From assembly GCA_028534125.1 (NCBI GenBank), contig CM052818.1, forward strand, positions 37,884,001 through 37,948,000: a stretch of 64,000 bases of DNA, given 5' to 3'. The translations under genes were made by a program, and so were the position numbers. The first letter of the stretch is position 1. Every line of letters begins with the position of its first letter. Below are positions 50,861-61,199 of the stretch, piece after piece. Under the pieces are notes generated by a model. That model was not told the origin of the DNA, searched no databases, and worked only from the letters and a program-made list of their open reading frames with translations. This stretch comes from Lama glama. Taxonomy: Eukaryota.

Positions 50861-51939
50861 TTTCTCAGAAATGATTATCTTCAGACCTGTTATGTGAAAA
50901 GCTATGACACAGCACATAGTACCCAAGCCCTTTCAAATGGGCCTCCTTGAAAAATTCTTGTTAACACCAGACAGGGCCCTTGTCGATTAATGTTTGGCGT
51001 GTGTTATTATCACACGATGAGTAGAAAGGCACCCCCAGGGACACTCCCTCGTGAGGCCCCGAGAGGGGGATGTGAAAGCCCCGTGCAATCTGGTTTATGC
51101 GTTTTTAGAGGATAAATCTCTCTCTCTTTACTAAATTATTTACATATAATCAACTTCTAATAATGACTTAGGAAGTCTTACAAAAAAGACCGTGTCCAAC
51201 AATAGGCACAGATCATCAGAATAACAAAAACAGGGAAGGATCTAAATTTACCAAAGGTCTGAACTGAGATCATAGCAAAGCATTGCATTTAGCTTCCTGG
51301 TGGCCAGAACTAAAATATCCTCAGATGCTAGTTATTAATAGGAGCAAAAGCATAATGGTTAATTGAGGGAGACAATTTATTTTTTTCTGGAAGTGAGTTC
51401 TAAAATATGTTTCAGTATATTTAGATACTGTCAGCTAGAAAAATAAACATGGGAAGTGAACAAAGTCATGGGAATTGTGTGTGTGAGTGAGTTTAGCTTT
51501 CTTGGGATACTTTCAAATGTAACCCATGTCCTGGGTTTGCTCTGTCCCATTAAGGTGTGAAATCTTGTAGTTTCCACCTCATTGCCCCGACCACACACAC
51601 AAAAAATGTTTTGTTTTGTTTTGTTTTCCTGAGCTGTATATTGCTGGTTTGACTCAAAATGTTCATTTGTTTCCCCTAAGAATTAAATCAGAGAAAAGGT
51701 TTGTTCTTTCTTTAAAGGGTCCTTTGAGGTAAGTCCTCTTGGCTTGAGTGGGGGATCTGGGGATGCTGAGCCCCATCACTGCAGGCTTTCCAGAAAGCGC
51801 TACAAACCTAATCTGGAACATGGAACCCGTGAGCAAAGGATGCAGCAACAGGCGTACAGGCTAAAATTTAATGATGGCTGCCATTCGTCGATGTTTACTG
51901 AAGGACAAGCGTATATACTTCCATGGAGACACTCTATGA

Positions 51940-52030
51940 CATCAATGGTATCATCTTCCTTGTTTTACAGATGAGCCAACTAGACTAAGAAGGGAAATGA
52001 TCTTCCCACATATCATGCACCAAAGAGATG
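51940..52030 (-). mobile_element. MIR fragment
   Basis: 'ttttacagatgagccaactagactaagaagggaaatgatcttccca'. Confidence 0.7.
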
Positions 52031-52286
52031 ATAAAGTACACTTTGCACAGAGCCACAGATTTCCCCAGCATTCATTAGACTGAACTTGGCTGCCCCATGG
52101 ACCTTTAAGAATCGTGGTCCAGTCTATCCCCTTCAAGATTTCACACCAGACGGAAGCTATCTTGGAAAGCACGTTAATGCAAGGCCAAGGGCCTTGCCCA
52201 ATCTGAGCCCACTCTCACATCCACACCCACCGTCAGAGACGGGCAGGGCCCTGCTCATGGAGTTTGTTTCTCAACGTGAGAGTATC

Positions 52287-52520
52287 TGTGCTTAGACTGT
52301 AGCTCTGGGTCCGGGAGCCTCGCTGGCCGAGTTCAAACCCTGCCTGGCAACTCTGTCCGAGTTATTTAATGATATCTCTATGCCTCAGTTTCCTTTTCTA
52401 TAAAAAGGCGTCACTGTGGTGTGTGTCCTAGAGGTTCCCCGTGGGGACTGAATGTGTCATATAGGCACAGTGTTCAGAAAGTTCCCAGCACAGAGTAAGC
52501 ACTCAACAGACTAAAGTTAA
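52287..52520 (+). mobile_element. MIR SINE
   Basis: 'gagttcaaaccctg...tctctatgcctcagtttccttttctataaaa...cccagcacagagtaagcactcaa'. Confidence 0.85.
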
Positions 52521-53896
52521 CACAATTTTTAGGGTTGTTTTTCCATTGAAATGAATCCATTTTGTCACCTTCTTTGGACGTCACATTTGCGGTGTTCTTT
52601 TTCTCAAGAACTTTCATTTTAGGGCAAACCAGTGAGTCCAGTGATGCTTGAGGCAACATCAAAGCCAGCCTCCCTTCCAGGGGTCACAAAGGCACACGCA
52701 CCTGCTCCAAGCTACGGAGGAAAACTCCACCTCAGTGCTTCTCCTCTAAGCACTGCTGTGCCTTCTGCCTCATAACTCAGAGCATCTGAATGAAGGAAAT
52801 TTTCTCTCTGGCTCAAGCTCTCTCTCTTTCTCTCACTCTCTCAAACAAACACAGAATTTCTTAAGAGATTTTTTTTTTAAATCTCCATATCACAGTCTCC
52901 TTTTTTTATGTTTCCCAATTTTAAATTTAAAAGACTACCTATGCTGGGAATTGCTCAGTGATGTTGATTTATGAGACTGATGCAAAAAAGGACAGTCTTA
53001 CGGATGCACGAATCTGTTTGGCAAGGCAGCAATGATTTATAAAAAGACAGTCTGGTGACACTCATATAAAGGCAGCTTTCATGTGGCAAGTGTAAAAGCA
53101 AAAAAGAAAACCTGATACCAGTGGAATGACAAACTCTTTTGCTATTTTAAGAGGAGTATAAATGCCGCCTTAGCTTCAACTCCAAGTCCACCCGTGGAGC
53201 GTGCGCCACCCCAGACGGGGCGCCCAAGGTGGGCTCGGATTGACTGGTCACGATCTCTGAAACTCAGCCTCCAGTTAAGTTGGCCTGTTTTGGTCTAGTC
53301 ACTGTTTGTGGGTCCTCTACCCATAATTTTTTCTCAACTTCACTGAAGCTCAAACACGTTTTGTGGATTTATTTTTAATCTAGATGGCCCCCTGGGGACA
53401 CAGTATACAATAACAAGCTTCCTTTATTCATCCTGGAAGACTGCACTTCACATTTTGTAAGGTGTGTTCTATGAAAACTAGACTTGGGAAACTGGGCTAC
53501 ACTCATCAGATTTTCTGGACCATTTCCTAATGCTCTCGCCTCAGTCGTTACTGGTCGGGTTTTACACTGACGCGCCTCATGCCTTCTCTCAAGTCAGCTA
53601 TCGGCGCACAGTGGTCTCCGCTTCTTGAGACTCAGTGTGCTAGACCACAGACAGGAGTCCAACTGCGTCTCCAGGTCTTTCCCTGACAACGCCCAAGCTC
53701 TCAGACAGATCGGCTACAGCAGCAAACCGATCAAACACTGTGACACACCGTCTGTGGCACGTCATCAAACCCTTTCCATAACTGCACAACATCACACACG
53801 TCGAGCGACGGCGCCCTGCCCCAGTGCGTCCACCTGTCACATCACTAAACATTCATTCTTGCATTCTCCCACCTGTAGCTGTCACAGTAGGCTGGG

Positions 53897-53944
53897 TGCT
53901 ATAGACTGAAGGTTTGGGTCCCCCCCAAATTCATATGTTGAAAC
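53897..53944 (+). mobile_element. MLT1A-like LTR 5' stub
   Basis: TGCTATAGACTGAAGGTTTGGGTCCCCCCCAAATTCATATGTTGAAAC matches the MLT1A 5' end and the reverse of 355-412. Confidence 0.8.
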
Positions 53945-53949
53945 ACCTG

Positions 53950-54298
53950 GTTACAAATGCAATCCCAGCAGCTTATCAACAAAGGGTATCTCTTGCTCAG
54001 GCTGCACGTTTGCAATGGGTCAGTTGAAGCTCTGTTTCATATCATCTTGACTCCTAGGATCATGGGAATGGAATCAGGTTCTATCTCGAGTCTTGCCAGT
54101 CTTGTGGCAGAATGAAAAGGAATCATAGTAAACTGTGAACATATCTACGCAGAAGTGACTCACACTTCTCCTAGCTCTCTAGGCAAAGCAAGGCCCGTGG
54201 TGTAACCTTCCTCAAAGGAGGGGCACCACAGGGCAGGAAAGTGGCATTTCTTCTCTGACGGAGAATTTAAATTTTAGAAAGTGATTCCTCAGACTATA
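53950..54298 (-). mobile_element. MaLR LTR, MLT1I/J-like
   Basis: 'cttgtggcagaatgaaaag...cagaagtgactcacacttc...ggcaaagcaagg...gggcaggaaagt'. Confidence 0.65.
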
Positions 54299-54409
54299 AT
54301 GAAAACCCAAAGCAGCAGAAGGAAGGAGGTCACTGAAACATCCTAAAACTGGTTTCTAGGTTAAGATGTGTCTGTGTGGTGGACTGATTAGAAAGGTTTT
54401 TTTTTTTTT

Positions 54410-55550
54410 TTGCCAGGAATATAAACACTGGAAATATCTAGAAAGAAGGACAGTAAGACCTGCTCACCACATCGTCATTAGGTCAACGGGTCCAGGATGT
54501 TAGCAGAGCAGGGAAGAGAAGACGACTAGTTTACACTGTTAGGTCCTCGGAAAACCTTCCCAGAATAGCTTTTGTAGAGGGAGGGAAGTGTCAACAAAGT
54601 CAGAGCCTGTGCTCTGCTTGAAAGCAACTCTTCCTCAGCCTGAGGGCCAGCAAAGTCCAGGATAACCTCCCTCATGAGCAGGAATCCACCCTACGTGGTA
54701 AGAGAGATGACTGGGCGGGGGGCTGATGGAGGAAAACGTTTTGCGGTGGAAAGAGGCACTAGGCATATCCACATCGAATGGGAACTTCATTTCCTCCCCC
54801 AAAAGGAGAAGGGCTAAGAGCGAGGGAGCACGAATTGCAGAGAGAGAAGAGCAGATAACAGTAAGAAACAGAAAAGGAAAGGAAACTGAGAAGTTGAAAT
54901 GGAGCAAAGAGGAGGGGATGTCAGTCAGGGTAGGAGCTGCAGATGGAACAGAGCCTGGAGAACTGGCAGATGGTCAGGAATCAAGGTGAAGGAGGGTGTT
55001 TTTTTTTCCACTCATAAAGCTTAGTCGTGCTAAAAGGGGTTTAAGAGAAGTAGTAGGGAGATTAGCAGCCTTAATTTCTCAATTCAATCACAACAAAAAA
55101 GTTAAATCCTCCTATGGCTGGCTGTGCGCCCGTATCCTGAGAAGAGAAAGTTGAATAATGCACAGATCTTGGCCCCTGGAAGTTCATATCCTAGTAGGGT
55201 GATGGTCAGTAAACAGGTGTGCGTACTTAAGTACAAATAGAATTAAATTTGGATGCTGACAGAACACAGGAGAGTAGCATCTGAGACCAACAGGGGGACA
55301 GAAGTAGTGGAGGAAGATCAGAAAAGATTTTCTGGGCAGGTAATGCTTGGCTTTTATATTGAAGGATAAATAAACTTAATGGGATGAGGGAAAAGTTGGA
55401 AACGTTGTACCTGGCAGGTCCAAGAGCAGATGTAAGTCCATAGCAATGACAGAGCCACAAAATGGAAGGTCACGGGCAGGGGACTGAGATGGTTTGTGTG
55501 GCTGAGGCCGATGGGGTGAGTGAAGAGAACCTCCAGTGTGAATCAGAGAG
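54410..55550 (-). mobile_element. Old L2 fragments (discontinuous)
   Basis: 'gatcagaaaagattttctgggcaggtaatgcttggcttttatattgaaggataa', 'tgtgtggctgagg', purine-rich plus strand. Confidence 0.55.
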
Positions 55551-56655
55551 CAGGGCCGGCCGTTCATCAGCTCTGGAACCGAGGGGGTTAAACCAGGACT
55601 TAACTTCTCTGGGTCTCAGTTTTATTTCTGGTGAAAATGATGGTGTTGAAAGAAGTAATGTCGAAGACCCCACTGACATCTGCCGTTATGAAAGATCAGG
55701 GGTCGCGCGTTCTTCTGTGGAGAGCTGGACGGCCAGCAGCACGTTGCTAGTTGGTTGTTGGAGGAAAGTGCATAAAAAAGAGGATATGACATCCGGGAGA
55801 AGGAAGGGGGTCAAAATTTGTCCAGGTCACTTCCCCCAACTTCCCACGCTCAGCATCCCTTCCACTCCCCTCCTGAAAGGACTGTTGGGGAGCTCTTCAC
55901 CACGAAAGGCAGCCTTTTTTAATGACGGGCCACTTTAATGTCTGGAAATACTTCCTCACACTGTCCTGAGAGATGACAGATGAGGAATGAGAGCCATCGC
56001 AGCATCTTCAGACCCACGGATGCGTGAGAGGTGCACTGTGGGAGGGACTAAGTGCAGAAAACAGGAGCACGGGATATTTCCTCATTGGAAGAAGGAATTT
56101 GAATTGCTGAGAGAAGAGAGGAGAGAATGTTAGGAAATGAAAAAAAAAAGAAAAGAAAATTGAGACTCTAAAGTTGAGGGGAAAAAGAAGGGATTCCAAT
56201 CAAGGTAAGGGTAGCAGAGATAATAAAGTCTAGAGAAGAAACGGTGGCTGAGAAGGAACCAAGGTGAAGGAGAATGTATTTTTCACCCATAAAGTTCAGT
56301 AGTGCTTTTAGAATTGCAAATATGCATTTAAATTTAATAATACAATTATGGTATATTAAATGTCAAATGACTGTTACAGAAAAGCACTTAAAATTAATAC
56401 ATATGCATGAGATAAATCCTGTCTAGTTGTCAAGGTCTGAATTCAAAGTTATATAAGCCAGGCTTTTGCACTGAATTTTCTTACAGCTTAAGGTGGCAAA
56501 GATCTATGAATTTCATTGGTATTTAACAAAGAAGCATGAGCAAAGTTTAGTTAAAACTGAGAGAAAAGGCCGGGTGTCCAGGCAATGAGCTGTAAGGCCC
56601 AAATGCCGCTCAAATCCAAGGTAAAATTAAAGGCAATGGTGGCCATCCTCATTCT

Positions 56656-56698
56656 GCCATCATCACCGCCATCATCACCGCCATCATCATCGCCATCA
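56656..56698. repeat. 12-bp tandem repeat (GCCATCATCACC) x~3.5
   Basis: gccatcatcacc gccatcatcacc gccatcatcatc gccatca. Confidence 0.9.
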
Positions 56699-56759
56699 CG
56701 CTACAACTGACAAACTGGCTATTGAGGGACCTAACTGTATCTCTGTCTCATCAAGGAAT

Positions 56760-56838
56760 TCCCCTTTCTCTCTCTCCTTCCTTCTTTCTTTTCTTCCTTC
56801 TTTCTATCCTTCCTACATTCCTTCTTTTCTCTCTTTCA
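56760..56838. repeat. Polypyrimidine (CT-rich) low-complexity tract
   Basis: Seen directly. Confidence 0.85.
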
Positions 56839-57884
56839 CTGAAAAGAGACCATAATGTCACAATGATCTGTTTAACTATTTCAATCATGTGTATATATGT
56901 TGTCTTAATCGTAAATCTATGCAATGACTATATATGCAGGAAAGAGTGAAAGTTGCCTCTCACCATTAGTATCCCTCCATCAATTCTCCTTTTCAAAGAT
57001 AAAAACTTTGTGTCCTTCCAAACCTTTTTCTTCAAGGAAATCTTTTTCAGCAAATGTGGGGAGCGTGTCTAGAAGATGAATCATTTTGTTAAGAAGCCAA
57101 CAACGGACAGTGGGCAGACACAGCAAACATGCTCCATACACATATATCCTGTGTTCTGTGCAGAATGGGGTTCTAAAGCAGGGTCGTCATCGCCCCACGA
57201 CTGGGGGCGGATGTCCTGAAAGTCTCTTTGCTCTCTAAATGTTGAAGTCAAACATGTGCTTAAACACGGTAGACTGAGCAAATGCATGTACCTTACCTTT
57301 GTCCTGAAACGCCAACACAGTCAACAGTAAATGGATTTTTAAAAGGTGTAAACCCACAAACAGGGCCAAAACAGTAGCAAGACAGTTTTAGAAAGCAGAG
57401 GGCAAACAGACAGGGTTAACTGACTAGCAGATGGTAAACACCTCCAATCTAAGCCTGCAGTAGGGAGAACTCAGAGCAGGCAGATTTAGCCCAGAGATCC
57501 CAGAGAAGCGAAATGCTTAGGTACTAAATAGTTATGAGTCGGGATGTATTTAAATAGCAGAACTGGTTGAAAGTGTTGGAGGACTTATTGTTATGATAAC
57601 AGGTTGACCTAAAAAAATAAAATCAGAATGAAAAGTTCCCCCACATTTGGCCTGATACCCGGTAGGTCTCGTAGCTGTGGTTTTGTTCCCACCGTTTCTC
57701 TTTGGGGTTCACAGAGAATTATATTGTTACTAAGTTTTCTTCTAAATGTTGTTGGTGGGTTTTCGGTTTTACACTCTCAGTTCTTTGTTCTTACAGGGGA
57801 ATTTGAAGAGATTCAAAAATTGGGCTATGGCTCCTATTGTCCCAGAATCTTCTTTTTGTAGGTTTTCTAAATTTTTAAAGATTG

Positions 57885-58280
57885 TACATGCATAAATTAG
57901 CAGCTTGACATAACAGTCATGTGCTAGCTCTGAGTTCTGTAGGTCAGAAATCTGACACAGCATGGCTGGGTTCTTTGCATTAGCTGAAATCAAGGTATCA
58001 GTTGGGCTGTGTTCTCATGTGGATATTCTTGGAGAAAATCTCCTTCGAAGCTCATTCTTTTGTTGGCGTAACTCAGCTGTGAGACTGTCGCTATTTCCTT
58101 GCTGGTGGCCACCTGGGTTTTTCTCTCAGTCCCTCGATACCACCCATATTCCTTGATACATGGTCCCCTGTATCTCCTTATTTAAGGTAAACTCTGCCAC
58201 GTTTACAGGGGAGTGAGTGGGAAATCTCTGTGACCATTTTAGATTTCTGCCTCCCACAGACCCTCTTCTGCCTTTGAAAC
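57885..58280 (-). mobile_element. MaLR LTR, MLT1D/E-like
   Basis: 'agttctgtaggtcagaaatctgacacagcatggctgggttct...gctgaaatcaaggtatcagttgggctgtgttctc'. Confidence 0.8.
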
Positions 58281-59559
58281 CAATGAAAAAATAAAATAAA
58301 GGAGTTGACTATGACAATGACCACCTCATTTCTGATGAAGCTGATCAGAGAGTTGGTCTGCACTGTGACAAAATGGGCTTGTAAATATTCCTTCACCGAA
58401 TTAGACCAGTCTACTCTTCCCATCCCAGGAATCAGGTACAACTTCAGGTCTCTCCTGAAGTGGAGGATCCTGACTTAAACACATCTCAGGGCAGGAGAGG
58501 AAGCCAGAAAGCACCTTCTCTGTAGCCAGGTGTATCTGAGAGTCAGAGACCAAATGACAAATCCAAAAACCAAGAGAGCTGAGACTGAATCACTCAGACT
58601 CATTTACTTTTTTCCCAAATTCACCAACTAGATAGCATACTTCTTCCACCCAGAAGAGCTGTGTAAGAAGAAAAGAGAGATGATTTACCCCATGAGAAGT
58701 GCCCTGAGGTGGCAATAGGAGGCTAAGAAAATGCAATCCCCTACCTATCTTCAGCCACCCATCGTTTTTGTCTAATTGGCACTCTGACAGTGTCACCCGC
58801 GTCTCCTCTGGGCCTCTATGGGTTAAATTCCTGAATAATTGAGGTGAATTCCAGATACAATCATTGAGACACACCACATATTTTGTATATTGTACACTCT
58901 GCTAGATATAGAGGGCTATACGCGGTTAAACAATGGTTTCTCCCTTTAAAAAAAGGTAATACACAAACCAAAAGCTTGACAGTCTACTAGTTGGGAAGGG
59001 GTAGACACATACATAGCTGGAATGCAAAGTAAAATTCTACACGTGTGATAGAGAAGGAGCTAACAACAAGATGAGGGGTTGAGAGGAGGGAGCTTCTCAC
59101 TGGATTCAGGATGAAGATGGGGGTGGACGTGGAGGAAATATGGGAGGTGGGGGACGGGTGGGAATGGCCATGAGCGTCATGAAGAAGGCAGTCTATGGAG
59201 AAAGAGCACCACAAACGATGTGACTGGGAAGTAAAACTCGCCCCATCTGGTCCTAGATGGCTACAGGTGGGGGTTGAAATGCAGCCTGAAGCCTTATAAG
59301 CTTCTTAACACAACATGCTTGTTGTAAACCCCTTCCCTGTTTATCTCCACCCTTCAAAGGGGCAATGAACCATAGCTCAACTCTAGAGTTTAGAATTTCT
59401 CTTTCAGACCAATGTATTTTAAAGTTTGAGATGGCTTTTCATATTGAAGTGGATAAAATATATTGAAGTCATTATGATAATAGTCCTTCTCTTTGGTTTA
59501 CAAAGAAACGCGCAGACTTTACAACATGAAGATCACAGAAACTACAGTGCATTATTTTG

Positions 59560-59710
59560 TAGGTACCTCCAGCTCAGCTTGTTCCAAACGGAGCTCATTA
59601 TTCTGCATTTCCACTCAAACCCACACACCCTCCTGTGTTCCTCTATGTCAATGTCTCAAGCGCACCTAGTCCTACACACCAGCAAGCTGAGAGCCATTCT
59701 TCATTCTACA
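59560..59710 (+). mobile_element. L2 fragment
   Basis: 'aggtacctccagctcagcttgttccaaacggagctcatta'. Confidence 0.6.
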
Positions 59711-59899
59711 TCACAATTTGACAAAGTAATTTTAAAGCTATTGATAGTGGAATTTATAGAATGTACTTACATGGTGTGTGTCTTTTACTTTCATTTTATT
59801 GTTTCTATTAAATCTTTAAGAATCACAGCGATAGCCGTGTGCCTCTTTCACTCTGAGCCCTAAAATCCTCCGTGTGCTCTCTCCCTTCGCATCCCCCAG

Positions 59900-60092
59900 C
59901 GGAGCCAGGGGGTGGAGTCAGAAGACGGAAGAAGCCTGGACTGCCGAGTGCACCAGTTAGAGGAGAACCATCTGACCCATCATTCCATGGGACCCACAAA
60001 GGATTTCTCCTGAATGAGGACTAAACTCTTATTGTGTTAGGTCACTAAGATTTGGGGTAGTTTGTTACAGTCATGGAGTTTTCTGACAAATG
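59900..60092 (+). mobile_element. MaLR LTR 3' part, MLT1J-like
   Basis: 'agaagacggaagaagcctgga...ttattgtgttaggtcactaagatttggggtagtttgttacag'. Confidence 0.7.
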
Positions 60093-60384
60093 GCAAAAAA
60101 AAAAAAAAGACTCTTCTTTCTATAACCTTGTCGTACTTCTCCAGTTTTATCTCCAGTCATACAGACCATGCATTTTCACACCTTTATTCCCTTACTAATG
60201 TTGTTACTTTTATCATTACCAAAAAAAATTCAGCCAGTGACACCTGAAATATTGCCTCTCATTCTTCTTTTTATCTCTTTCCGTATCTATCATTCTGATT
60301 CAAATACAATACCGTTCCAGATATTTAAATTTATGGTAATCAAAAATATACGAAAAGATCCTTAAAAAAGACATAAAAAAGAGT

Positions 60385-60800
60385 AGGTGTATATCAAAAT
60401 TTAGTATATGATAATAATAGAGACATTTCAAGTCAGTGAGTAAAAATAATGCAGTTAACACATTATCTTTGGATAACTAGTTAGCCATTTGGGTGGGAAG
60501 AGAAATCTGGATCATTACCATAATTATGCCTAAGTATTTAAATATAAGATTTAAATACAAAACAGGAGGAAAGATGGGCGCCTGACATTTTTAATCTTAG
60601 CATGGAGAAGACCTTTAAGCATAACCCCTACGCAAAGTAGAGAAATAGTAACACACATAGACTGCACGTAAAACGTGCACCACTAGAAAAAACCGAAGAA
60701 TCTAGTAGCAAAGTAAGCAAGATACGAGAAGAGTAATTCACAGATGAAATTAAAACAGCCAAAAGACACGTGAAAATCTTTTCTTCATCCCATCAGAACT
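60385..60800 (+). mobile_element. Old L1 ORF2 fragment
   Basis: 'aatttagtatatgataa...catttcaagtcagtg...ggataactagttagccatttgg...tttaatcttagcatggagaagacctttaagcataac'. Confidence 0.65.
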
Positions 60801-61199
60801 TAAACTTCAAGACGGCAGAATTCTTTTCAAATCTGTTCGTCAAGATACCTTGCAACTTTGTTCAGCCTCTGGCAAATATTTATTTGATGACTGTAAGACT
60901 GACTGACTGAATGAATGACTCAGTCAATCATTAAACAAATAAATATCAGCCTGCTACCTTCTGCTTTTGCTCATTAGGTTGGCTTTACTAAAGATTTGTT
61001 CATATACAATGCCAAACTAGTTGTTAAGCTTTCTGAATAGAAATTCCCAGTACTCATTTTCATGGAAGAGTCGTATTTTTTCACTCAAAAATTCCAATTA
61101 GAGGAATTAATTTAGAAAAGAATCTAAAAATACAAAGATGTATGTTGTTATACTAGCTTGGGTAAATATTTTTTAAAAATCATATTGTTAAAAATATCT

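Noticed and set aside
56656..56698. His/Arg-rich coding repeat or CRISPR-like array
   Set aside because: Simple 12-bp tandem repeat with no spacers or exon context, in mammalian DNA.
59142..59162. G-quadruplex motif
   Set aside because: Fits the pattern but lies in purine-rich L2-like debris with no regulatory context.
2037..60922. Window-wide excess of AP-1 TGA(C/G)TCA sites (about 17 seen by eye versus about 8 by base composition)
   Set aside because: TG/CA-rich words are over-represented in mammalian DNA through CpG decay and several sites lie in repeats. A higher-order background model is needed before claiming enrichment.
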